A DNA stretch of 64,000 nt, taken from the NCBI GenBank assembly GCA_036172245.1, contig JAYWIR010000088.1, positions 124,001 to 188,000 of the forward strand, given 5' to 3'. The notes below the pieces were generated by a model, which was not told the origin of the DNA, ran no database searches, and was given only the letters and a program-made list of their open reading frames with translations. The position numbers and the translations under genes are program-made. This document shows positions 44,570-57,721 of this stretch, piece by piece; the first letter of the stretch is position 1, and every line of letters begins with the position of its first letter. Source of the stretch: Raillietiella orientalis (Eukaryota).

Positions 44570-46600
44570 ACACACACACACAAGTGCAAGTTAGAAATAT
44601 GTTAAGGGAGAAGGGAAAGGATCACACATTTCTTTCTGGCGTCCTCAGCATCCTCTGGAGGATCTCAACAACTTCTTTCTTTTGTTGGCATCTCGCCGCC
44701 ACGATCCCACGAAGGAAGCGCAAAGCAGCAACGGAAGCTACATCGAGTCGCGCGTGGAGAGGTCACCGGAAGAGCTCTCTGCGGCTGCCCATAGGGAGTG
44801 AGAGAACCGCAGCGAAGCATGGCCAGGCACTCAGGAGGGCAATCCAACAACAGGTGTGGGAAGGTTTCCCGTTCCCCGCACCCGGCACAACCTGAGGCCG
44901 CACTCCCCCTCGTCCGGCGGTGGACTCTTGCCTTGCACGAGACCGCCCCATTGCAGCAACTGCAATGCCGAGTCCCTTCACTTCAGGAGAAGCCTGCATC
45001 TGCGCACAAGCACTGCGGAAATTTCTATCCCTCCAGGAGCAATGTCCTGGACATTCCTCCAGGAGCCCCGTCTGGCGAAGAATCCCTCTGGGAAGGACGG
45101 AGGTGGCGCATGCGTCAGCCAGTTGATGCGCGCTGTCCAGCTTCCCAGCTGCTTCTTTACCGCGATCTCGCAGGATACTTCTCATCTTGCGGGCACATCG
45201 CTATTTCCACTTTGTCTCATGGTGCCCAGCGTGGAGGCAAGTGGAGTGTTCTGTGCCCAGGTGGTGTCCGTGGGCAGCCCATGATTTCCTGCAACGAGCA
45301 GTGGGCGCAGTTCGAGAATTGCAGGCATCGCAAGTGCTCCGGGCTCCTGCAGTTTCTTTCCACCCACGCCTGACCCGTTTGCTGTTTCCAGGCGGGCAGC
45401 AGGAAATCCATTTGTTCTCCTGAATCAAGGCTACCGTTTTCCAGAGTTGGTACCCCCATCGGGGCAACTCTCTGGACCCATGCACGAGGGATGCACTGAA
45501 TCTCTCGGCGCCAGCTGCTCGCTTGGCCAGGAGTCAGGCTGGGACGCAATCATGTGTGGTACATAACTTCGACTCTAGGGCTGATCTACACTGAAGCTGG
45601 CTCTCCATCATCTCCAACATCCCAGCGCGGCGCGCACAAGTCCTTCAAGCGTATCCGGGACCGCTGCGTTCCCTAGCAGACGGTCCACGGTCCACTTTTT
45701 TACATCTCTGGGCGGGGCCAAACAAAAAGCAGGGGTCGGAGGAGGGGATCCACGAACGAACATGCTCCAGAGGACAGCCCGTTTCGGCGAGAGGGACTTA
45801 CCGTTCGGGAACGGGTCGAGCGCCGGCTCTGCCTTTTGGAGGCAACCGGACCAGGCAACTGCTGCAGAAGATTCCCGGCCCTTCTTTCCTGCTAAGCGCT
45901 TCCTCAATGTTCCGGCACGTCGCGGTTTTCCTGATGCAACGGCGATCAGAGAAGCAGGCGAAATCCCGTCTTGCGTGAAGCAGCGCCACAGTAGTTCTTC
46001 CGGGTCGACATAGGGCGGCCGTGAGGCGTTTGCACGCCCCTCGAAGGTCACCGCATTCTGGCACAAGTGCATGGAAGTGTCAAGTCGTGAGAACCTGGCA
46101 CAGCCGGGAGAGAGACTTTCTCTCGTCCAGCGATGCAGCCTCTGGCTGCACGAGGAGTTCCCGGTGCGCGAAAAGCAAAGCCCGCCAGACCTCCGCCGAC
46201 CATTGGTTAAGATGAGAGCGGACGAGACCTGTGCCAGGTGCGGAAAAGTTGAGTTCCCCTGTCACCTGCTTGTGCTCTGCCGTGCCCTCCGACCCATGTG
46301 GGATCTCTTTGCAATAATCCCTCGGATTGCGGTCAGTCGTCCTAGAGACGTTAGGAGGCGAATCATCTTGCAGGATACACGACTGCTGCCCACATCGGCC
46401 AGCAGCTGTTTGCTTCCTTCGCGAGATGGTGGCTGTTCTGGATCGCTTCCGAAAGAGGCCAGTCCGATAGGGACGCCATCCACTTCGGGAACCCTCTTCA
46501 TAAAGATCACGACGAGAAGGGCCCATCTGGGAAGCAGCCAGAAGAAACTTGCCGGCATCATTCAGAAGACGCACAGATCACTCCGGAATGGAGTGCGATC
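44570..46600 (-). mobile_element. Decayed L1/Tx1-type LINE ORF2
   Basis: Recognisable CCHC knuckle GAVSCKARVHRRTRGSAASGCAGCGERETFPHLLLDCP (~44840-44950); upstream RT-like fragments (WRP; LSPKRAVLWSMFV..CLAPP). Confidence 0.7.
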
Positions 46601-46649
46601 GCTTCCCCAACACCTCCAACGGACAAATATCCATCTATTTACTTGTTTG

Positions 46650-47610
46650 TTTGCTCTTTCCACTTTTTCCAAAGCTGGCCTTGTTGGTCAACGTACCGGC
46701 ATCTCGGCGTGTTTCCTTGATCGTTCAGACTTGCTAGTCCTACCACCGATGTTTGTGAGTTTATTGTCTTCAATAAACTGCCCAGTGCAACCAGATGACA
46801 AAAGGAATCCTCGCTTTTTCCCTCCGATAAAACCTGACGGTGGAAGATGAGGAGCATAACATTTACAGGAGAAACGTTGGGAATCTTTAAAACGATCCCA
46901 GACTCTTACTGTGCTGATGGAGCAGCTTGCCAGCAGCATTCCGCGTTCTTCTCGGGCTTCCGAATGACGGACTCAGCCTTCTGCCGTTCTCCAGGTTTTC
47001 GTTTAAGGGTCCTTTCCTGCAGGAACCAGCTCAAACTCCATTCGGGAGTGATCCAACGAAGCAGGAGGTCTTCTTCCATGCCGTCCCTCCCGCTCGCAAA
47101 GGTGGTTGTCGAAAAACAAGTAATGGCCATCGGAATCCCCTGCGGCAACCCCAGGGACGTTCTGAAAGCCCTCTTCGTTGCCGACGCCCTTCGGCCAGCG
47201 GCCTCGTTAGCAGCCCTGTGCTGCCTTCGCGGGTTCGTCGTCGCCTGGAGCAAGGCTACGGGAGGACTACACGACCAGGGTGCCATCCAGCCAGTCTCCC
47301 AGTTCCTGAGGAGGGCGTCGCGATGGCCCCACCTGGATGTATACAACAAACAAGTGCTTGCCAGGATCCTGAGAGGGATGATGCGGCCCCAGCAGCAACA
47401 GTGATCCCTTCCCTTACCCTCCCAACTTTCCTTTTCTTTTTTGTTTTGCTTTTTTTGTTTTTCCCCCTTTCCATTGCTGCCGTGGTGGACCGTACCGGTC
47501 TGCGAACCGGTGACCCGGCAGGCTCTGTGTTTCTTCGTGCGTGGCTGCAGAAATGGTCCAGCCACTGCACGTCTTTCTTAAAGTTTATTGTTTCAATAAA
47601 CGCCCCGGCG
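46650..47610 (+). mobile_element. LINE ORF2 C-terminus and 3' UTR, inverted relative to its neighbour
   Basis: The end of ORF 46847-47404 (GNPRDVLKAL..ASLAALCCLRGFV..ILRGMMRP) aligns with the C-terminus of the 44.6-kb element (GSRRELFR..ASVAALRFLRGIV..ILQRMLRTP); AATAAA at 47595. Confidence 0.55.
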
Positions 47611-48042
47611 AAATCCGGGTGAAAATCGAAAAACAAGTGGTCAACCCCAGGTTCTTCTGCCAACAGACACCTTATGTGCAAAAATCGTGAACGCAGGAGA
47701 TTTTCACTGCAATTTGATTTATGTGTTTTAATTTATAAAAAAAGTTTGTGAACTTTAGTGGAAGCAGTTGTTACAGTACATGATGAAAATATTTCATCAA
47801 TGAATTCTGATTTCATGGAACATATTCCTTTGCTTCCTGATATTTAATGTACAAATTATAACCCCGTGAAACTTGGGAAAGTACTCCTGATTAAGGTAAT
47901 GCACTGAATGTTTAGGTCATCAATACAGACTTAACATCCTGTAATATAACAAGGGTGTTGGAATAAAATCATAAGAATCACAGTATTCATAAAATACAGC
48001 AAACGTTGATGCGTGGCTTTCACGTTTTACGTTACAGTTAAT

Positions 48043-48693
48043 GTCGCTGCGCGCATCCCGAGTTGGGGAGCGTACACTAAGGAGATGTACGGGAAAGACA
48101 TAAACTCCTGTGCTATTTGGGAGCTCTCCCCGAAGTGTGCCAAGTGCAGCCCGTGACGCAAGAGCGACTCCGCCTGCTTTCTCTAGGATGAGCAAATCCA
48201 GGGCACGTGAACGTTCATTAAGGAGAGGTGGATCGAGTCAGACCACTTGAGTACAAGCTGATCTACCCGACCGCCGAAATGTCTCATTCCCTGCCCTGAG
48301 TGCGGCTCGAGGGGGAATCCCACTCCTCAGGTGTCCATGTCACCTGAAGGGTTCTTCCTGAGAAATGGTCGACCTTGCCTGTCATCTGCGTAAAGGGCAG
48401 ACCCTTTACGCAGATGGCTTCACGCGGGGGCTGTATACCCCCCGCGTGAAGCACGAGGTCGAAACTTTCCAATTCCACGAGATCGTGCGCCTCTATGCGT
48501 AGTTCCACTGGGAGGGGGGCGTCGATGTTCTGTGCAACCATGAAGTAAATAAAAGATGCCAATCCTCCCATTATGCCTGGGAAGTTGCCAGATTTTACGC
48601 TTTTTCACATGACGGAGGAGGTCGTCCAGCCGCGTGCGGAGCTGGCGCCGCTCTGGGATCCTTGGGCTTGTCACTGCTGACGAGCTGGATGAC
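48043..48693 (+). ncRNA. Candidate structured RNA of unknown family
   Basis: More than ten nested or adjacent helices, including perfect 15-bp and 14-bp hairpins in a three-way junction; non-Watson-Crick pairs are G-U on the plus strand; no credible ORF. Confidence 0.5.
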
Positions 48694-51329
48694 GACTGCT
48701 AGTCTACTGTGTTGATCTGCAAACATTATTCACATTGGGAACAGATTTTAGACTGGGGATTATTGATAAGCCTCAACTTCAGAGAAGAGAATAACGAAGT
48801 GGAACAGTTGGCTCAAGATTTGCGAAAGCTGAAAGTCTTAAATTTTAAACCGCTGTTGGAGTAAACGATACATTTGCAATCTCAGCAGGAACATGAGGTG
48901 AAACAACGCAAAAGGAAGAGGAGTGAAAAAGGAAAGAAAAAAAAAAAACCTCCTTATCTGCATTTACTCTTATATGTTTGGTTTAGAAATGCAAATATAA
49001 AACGTTTTGAAGGAGAGCTGATAAGGACAGATTCGCATGAATTCGCGAGATTTCATAATTGAGACGAGCATGTTTACATATAGGTAATGCGGATGTGTTG
49101 AAATCTTTAAAAAACAGGACGAGGAAAAGCTTCAGGGAAAATGAGAACTCTTCCTTGAAACCTTTAGAGTTCGGCGTTCTCCTTTGACATCTGATGACCT
49201 TATAAAGCCCCTAGCGATAGACGTCCCGAAATCAAACAAGATGACAGAGGAAAACAGAATAAGCATTAGAGCATTCGATATATTCGTTGTTTATTTGTGG
49301 CCTTCAGATTGCTGCCACCGTCGAGTACATTCATAGAGTTTTCAGGCGAATAATTTTGGCTGCCGTTTCCAACTGCTCATCATGGCTCACTGAATGGTCA
49401 GAACCGTGGCATTCGTTTCCTGGGTACATTCTGAAGGCAGAGACCATGGAATCCAACCTCGACATTTCAATGTGCAAAACGGCCAAATGAATTGTCCGTC
49501 CGAGGTGGACTTCCCAGATCAAACAAAAAGTGGAGTTCCATTTTTACAAAGTAATATGTAAGGCGGTGTTTGTTGCCCTGTCTGCGGTTTGGGAGTCTCC
49601 TGGGGGAAAAAAAAATTCCGGGAGTGGAAGGTGAGTCCAGAAGTTCCGACGCTGGAAATGCCACCGTGTTGTACTTGCCTGTTTCCCCCCTTTTGGGTGT
49701 ACATGTAATCAGATTGGTGTAGTTCCTGTGTTGCTCTGTACGTTCCTTCGAGGGAAACCGATTAAGCCTTGGCTTTTTACGTGCACACGGCTGCTCTCTG
49801 TGCTCGGTTTTTTGGCACTTGTTTTTGTTTGTTTGCTTGGAGTCGGTACAAATGAGGTATGTGAGCTTGCTCGTTTTCCTAACTGTTGGGTGATTCGTGT
49901 ACAATGAGTCATGGGAATCGGCATTTTTTTCTTTTTCTTTTGAAAGCACGATGGTTCAAGGCAGACAACTTCATGAATTTCGAATGTGAGTTTTTGTGTG
50001 ACATTCTCTTAAAGAGAGCAGAGATGTATAACGACACAGGAGCATATATCGCAGAAGTAGGAAAATTTTCGTTCGATAATTCAGCCATTGGCTTGCTTGT
50101 TTATATTGAATTTTCAAAAAGATAATGTAAGAAGAAAAAAAAAATGCAGAGTTGTAAAGAACTGAGTAATGCTAGGGTGAATGTCATCCCCTAAAAGGGC
50201 TTTACACGAATGATTCGCTCAGTTCAGATCTAGAAAGAGCTCATTTATGAGAAGTGGTTTTCTGATTGCAAAACCAGCGCTGTCCATTTCCAAGAGTCTC
50301 ACAACAGTTTTTCATAAATCTTTTTGGTAATTGGATCATTTTGATTCCCCAACTGATTTTCCAGTTCTCCAGTGCAAAGACCTCAAGTTTAACCAAATGA
50401 CGAGATTCACATGTTTTATTGAGTGCGCCGTTGTTGAAAGGTCCAATATTTTTTTTTAACATTGATAGCGTTCAGATTCCATCCTGTTTGAATAAAAGGA
50501 GTTCTGCATATTTCGCCTAAGGAGCAGTTCCTGTTTTCTTTTTTTTTCCATGTTGCATGAGTAGTTTATTCTTGATTTGGGGGTTTGGAATATTTTAGAA
50601 TCAATAACACTAGATCAGATGTTGGAAAGACTTGTCAAGGATTCTATTATATGAGCTTACTAATTACTAATTTTTAAGAGAAAGCACGTGTTTGATTTTG
50701 ATAGTATTCCTGCTAGCAAATGAGCATGAGTCCTTGAATCATATGTAGTGACCAAAATTTCTGTCACATGTAGCTTATGTGTGCATTTTGCTCGGATGTT
50801 TCTATACCCATCCTGTTTCCTGTTTACTTGGCATTTCTCCTTAGTTAAGAAAAAAATGGTCAAGAAAAAATGCAATTCCATTTTTTCTGAATTGAATTGA
50901 CAATAAGCTTTCTTGAATAGTTATGAATGACAGTCAAATTCTTGATTGCAAGTTTCGTGATGTCTTAGGCATGTTTTAAATCAAAGTCTCTTAGGCATGT
51001 TCTAAATCAAAAAGTGGCATGAGTTTTTCCAATGTAAAGTATCTGGACAAAGATTTTTGATGAAATGCCTCCACTATAATTGCAATAGCAGCAGTCATGT
51101 ATTTCTTGAAGGTAGAATATGTGAATGTAAACTAACATCTAGGAAATAAATGGTTTTGAAAAGGCAGGTGTGCCACTGTCACTTTGTTTATTTAGCATTA
51201 TGATTTGTTGTAATTGGATTTCAGTAAAGCATGTTACAGAACAAACAGCTCATAAAAAGCTTGGAATCTATTGAAACAAGTAAAATATATTGAAAGCTCA
51301 TTCATTAATGTATTTTTAGTATAGAAAGC

Positions 51330-54300
51330 ATGGATATTAAAAAAGAAGAATTGACATGGAATGCTCTTGAAAACACCAAAGAATCAGATAGTTTTGATGC
51401 ACTTCACTCAAGTAATGAATCTTTAAGCTCTGATTCAAAAAATTCTTATTCCCTGGAATCCAAGCATGAGGAAGATTCTATTAGTAATGGAAAAGTACTT
51501 CAATCCCTAGCAAAGACTCAGCACAGTTCTGGTTCCCTTTGTCAACGAAGTGGACTCCCTACTGTAGACAATAAGTTTTTAGGCAAGTTGCTTCATGTAA
51601 GTATGTTTCATGTATTTAATTCTGTCCTCTTTCCAACTGTTCCATTTCTATGCCCATTTAAAGGGTGCATCTCTTTATATTGATCTAATATTCTTCAAAT
51701 GTACTCCATCATTGCATCATCCCTGGTGGCTTGAAAAGAAAGCATGTTTTGTAATTATGTTTTTGGTGAATTTTGTAAAAGTAGTATATGCTTTCTGTTG
51801 TCTTTTTGACAAGTAAAATACATCAAGGATGATTTCATGTAATCATAAATGGAAGTTGATTGTTACTCATTATTTTAATTTATTCCATAATAAACTTGCA
51901 TTACTCTGAGCTTTGAGTGAATATTTGTTTATTCTGTATAGTTTAAGTGATATTGATAAGTGATAAAGATTTTCGTAATCTCCAAATCATCTATTAAGTA
52001 GTTTTGTATTCTTATTTCAAAATTGTGTTCACATGATCATAATAACTGTTTTAGTGTTTAAGTTCCATATGCCCATTTTATTTTGAGAGGGCACTTCTGT
52101 TAGCTATTTTGAAGCACATGGCTTTGGAATATCAAATAAGTTAACAATAAGGCATTTGGGACAGAAATAAGTAAAATTTTACTTTCAAGTGATTCTTTGG
52201 TTTTCAGTCAGCTTTAGGTTTAAAAGCAGATTATCAGTTATCGTGAGAAGATTGATTTGTCCCCTAGCACATTTGTAAATAAACTAATTTAATTTCTGTA
52301 ATCTCGATGCTGTACTTTTTAATTCTGGGTAGACTTTATTACAGTCCAAAATGTTTTGAAATATTGGTATGGTTTTCTATGTATACTTTTGGCAATCCTC
52401 AATATGAATTAGGAATCATACAAAAAAAATTGCCACATCCCAGGACTTGTATGTCTGTTTATGTGTGTCTAAAAGTGTTCCTTAATTATAAATCATAATG
52501 CATTCTAGTATTAATCCTGAAATCCCTCAAGATATTTGCATGCCAAGCTGCAATGGATACTCTATTTTATTTACATATTAGTCATTGGTCACTTTGATTT
52601 TTATTGAGTCATGAAATTAAGTGTCTCGTGCTGTGTGTCACTGCAGTAGATGCTCTCCAGCAGTTATCTGTTTCATCACTTGACCACAAATGATAAAAGG
52701 CGTACCGGAAGTTGAAAATTGTGCACAAATTCAGCACATCGGATGTTTCCATGATTGTTGTTTGCATTTATAGTAAGCTTCTATCGATAGATTTGTGATA
52801 GACACACTGCATCACCACGAAAAGTATTTGCTGTTGATTCACTGATCATTAGTTCTGACTGACCATGAGTTTGAATATGTTTGTGTTGGAATTAGGTTTT
52901 TGATATTTTTCAATGCTCGTTCGTGTTCAATGTGGAAGATACAAATTGAGTAACACACAGATAATTGGAGATGTAAAGAAGAAAGAATTCTTTAATGCAC
53001 ACCTATTTAGTACTTGTGTGTGTCGGTGTCAGAGTCCTGGTTAAAGATTCTTTATTTCTGTTCAAGAAACATGAAGTATGGTGATTTGTGGATGCTATTT
53101 ATAAAATTTGTTTCTTTTTCCCGATTTTTCAACGATAAATGAATTAGATTTATTGAGGGTTTCCAATTTTCCGAAGTGCTGAAAAATTTTTCAGCTGAAT
53201 GTGATTCCATACTTAATAAATCAAATTTGTGTATTTGTATTTGTGCTTGTTTGTTCATTTCATTTCATTGATGCCATGGTAAAACATTGGGATTATTATT
53301 AATGTGTTGGTGTTTTCTATTTTGGTGTGCTGAATCAGTGGTCGTATAGTGGTTTGAGTGTATATTTTTCATAGCTTTTATTCCATAATCATGATTTTAT
53401 TCCATAACTCCATGTTTTATTATATACATAATTGTTCATTTGGACTTTCATGAATATGTACAACATAGAAGTAGCTTGTTTTATGTTTTTGCATATTTTT
53501 TTTTATTGAAAACTAATGTATTTCAAGGATCCAAGTGATGGGATATCCCGGATGGAAGAGATGCATTTTTTGAAAGGAGAAAAAGGCCAAGGATCAGCTT
53601 GTGATGTAAATTACCTTTGTCCATATCTGGGCCCAATTCGAGGGACTTTGACTGTTACTAACTACAGATTACATTTTTGGAGCCTTGATAGAGATCCATG
53701 TTTTGTATTAGAGGTTCCTCTTGGAATGGTAACTTTATTTATTTTGACTTGTGATGAACCTCTTATACAGATCAGCCGTATAGAAAAAGTAGGTGGTGTT
53801 AATAGCCGAGGTGAAAATGCTTATGGTATTAAATTATTCTGCAAGGACATCCGTAATCTGAAGTTTGCCCATGGACAGGTTTGACTGTTGCAAATAGGAT
53901 AAAGAATGATAATTCTGTAAAGGAAAATCATAGTAGGCGATCAGTCTTTGAAAAGCTACAACAGTTTGCATTTCCCTTGAGTCATAGTTTACCATTATTT
54001 GCATTTCAATTGCAAGAAGAATTTTCTGAGAATGGATGGTCAGTATATGAACCAATAATGGAGTTTCGGCGCCAAGGATTACCAACTGAAAGCTGGCGGA
54101 TAACTAGGATCAATGACTCTTTTGATGTATGCGATAGTTATCCTGCTGTGTGGGCTGTACCATCAGGGGCTACTGATGATGACTTAAGAACAGTTGCTGG
54201 ATTTCGTAGACGGGGGCGCTTGCCAGTTTTATCATGGATGCATCCTGAGAGTCATGCAGCAGTTGTACGTTCTGCACAACCTCTTGTAGGTGTTGCTGGG

Positions 54301-55345
54301 AAACGCTGCAAAGAAGATGAACGTTATTTGCAACTTATTTTGGATGCTAATGCTCAGAGTCATAAAATTTACATTATGGATGCACGTCCCAGGTAAGAAA
54401 ATTGGAATAAAAGTCTTGACTTTTCGTAGTGTATATGCTGTGGCCAATAAGGCAAAGGGTGGTGGTTATGAAGGTGAAGAAGCGTATCCTAATGCAGAGC
54501 TGATCTTCCTTGATATTTACAATATTCATGTTATGCGGGAAAGCTTGCGGAAGCTGAAAGAAATTTGCTTCCCTGGAGCCACCAGTGAACCCCGCTGGTT
54601 AACACGAGTAGCATCAACCCACTGGCTGGATCATATTAGATGCATTCTTGCTGGAGCAGTGAAGCTTGTAGAGCGTGTGGAAAACGGGAAGGCTTCTGTG
54701 TTGGTTCATTGTTCTGATGGTTGGGATCGCACTACACAGTTAACTGCGCTTGCATTGCTCTTACTGGATCCATATTACCGTACTCTGCGTGGCTTTGAAG
54801 TTCTTCTGGAAAAAGAATGGCTAAGTTTTGGTCACAGATTTGCACAGCGTATTGGACATGGGGAGGATAAACATTCAGATGCAGAGCGATCACCAGTTTT
54901 TCTGCAATTTATGGACTGTGTGTGGCAGGTGTACAAGCAGTTTCCTTGTGCCCTGGAATTTAATGAGCAACTGCTTATCACCATATTAGACCACACCTGT
55001 TCTTGTTTATTTGGAACATTCCTGAATAATAGCGAACGTGAACGTGTGCGCGATAATGTGCGACAGCGTACTGTATCTCTTTGGTCAATGATTAATGCTT
55101 CCCCACGAGAATTTCTTAATCCCTTATACTGGTCTCATCGTCGTGTGTTATTCCCTGTACCCAGTATGCGTTATATTCGACTCTGGACTAGTTATTATTG
55201 TCGGTGGAATCCGTATTTGCAACCACAAGAACCGTTGACAGTACGAGCTCAGGAATTGTTAACTTTGCGCTCTCAGTTGACGCTAAAGTTAGAGGAATTA
55301 AGATTAGCACAAGCAAATTGTGGGAGGACAGGCATAACTCCTTGA
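51330..55345 (+). CDS. MTMR2: Myotubularin-family phosphoinositide 3-phosphatase (MTM1/MTMR1/MTMR2 group). Exons 51330-51596, 53528-53728, 53771-53878, 53923-54392, 54430-55345
   Basis: PH-GRAM ([26 protein letters not shown]), [12 protein letters not shown], intact catalytic [21 protein letters not shown] and a C-terminal coiled coil; introns of 42, 44 and 37 nt. Exon 1 assignment is less certain. Confidence 0.95.
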
Positions 55346-55384
55346 TCTTGAATGTAATAAATACGTGTTATAGGAAGTTTAATT
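55346..55384 (+). promoter_or_regulatory. 39-nt intergenic spacer containing a poly(A) signal (55356-55361) and a 3' splice acceptor-like TTATAG (AG at 55372-55373)
   Basis: TGA-tcttgaatgt-AATAAA-tacgtgttatAG-gaagtttaatt-ATG. Confidence 0.7.
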
Positions 55385-56606
<1,222 letters not shown>

Positions 56607-57721
56607 TTAATGCAAATAAATAATAAATGTTTTTATTTTACAACATATAGCGCTAGAACACCTTGTTAGGTAGTAAGGTCACAAAACTGAATATGTGAAT
56701 GACATAAAACAATTGCTCTTCCATTTTTCAATTCTCCTTAAATGCTGGTGTTGTGCATGAGAGAAATCAGAAGAGAATGGAAATCAGAAAAATTATCTAC
56801 GCTACAGATAGGTGGTTTTCCTTGGCCATCCCTAAAATTGTAGCATTAATGTGAAAAACATTTACTTGCATGGAGCATGAAGCACACACCTTTGATATCC
56901 TGAACCAAGTGCCACTGCTTTGAACTTCTTTTTGAGACAGGATTGTCTACATTATTTGCTAGTACAGAATTCATGCAGAATTTATCACTTGTGCAATCTA
57001 TGACGAGAATTTCTCTGCTTTCTCCATGTGAGGGTGCAGAAGCCCTCTGCAGATAAACCTTCTAAAGGTTGCTTTCAGTTGGCATTTATAGTACCCATTT
57101 ATGGTTTTTCTTGTACAAACTTTGAAACGAAATTCTGTATTACAAGTACACCTGTAAATTTCAGTTGAATACATATGTGAAGGTATACGACATCTTTGAA
57201 ACTGTTTCTCACCAGAGCCATTCTTATTAGAAAGATTTTCACATACCCAAGCACCTATTTTTCAGTTCACTCCTTCCAAATACATGTAGTAATACAAACT
57301 TTGTAAATACATATCCAGATTTCTTATCCAGTAAAAATCGTAACCTTATTTTAATTTACATAATGTCAGAAGATTTTACTTTATAAATTTTTAAAAGGAA
57401 AAGTGTTTGAACTATAATTGCTTTATTGAATTTTTCTTGAAAATGCATTGTTTAGAGTTAACATGAAAGATATTTTTATAAACATCCATAATCGCATTAG
57501 TAAAGCAATTTTATTGATAACAATGCAATTGTTCTGCATTTTTTTCTCATAGTGCATGCTCAAATGAACTAGAAACTAGAGCATTCAATGGCCTGGATGG
57601 TCTTGCAATGAAAATTCAAATTTGTATCACCCCTTTACGCATATTTGTAAGGAAGAAACACAAGCTACAGAAACAGCATCTCCACTTCTATTTGAAGAAC
57701 AATTCTCAGAGAACCACCATT

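Noticed and set aside
48676..48725. Hammerhead ribozyme core (CTGACGA)
   Set aside because: No stem II followed by GAAA in the required arrangement.
50963..51011. 26-bp direct tandem duplication (TCTTAGGCATGTT.TAAATCAAA)
   Set aside because: Two copies only; ordinary slippage, not an array or CRISPR.
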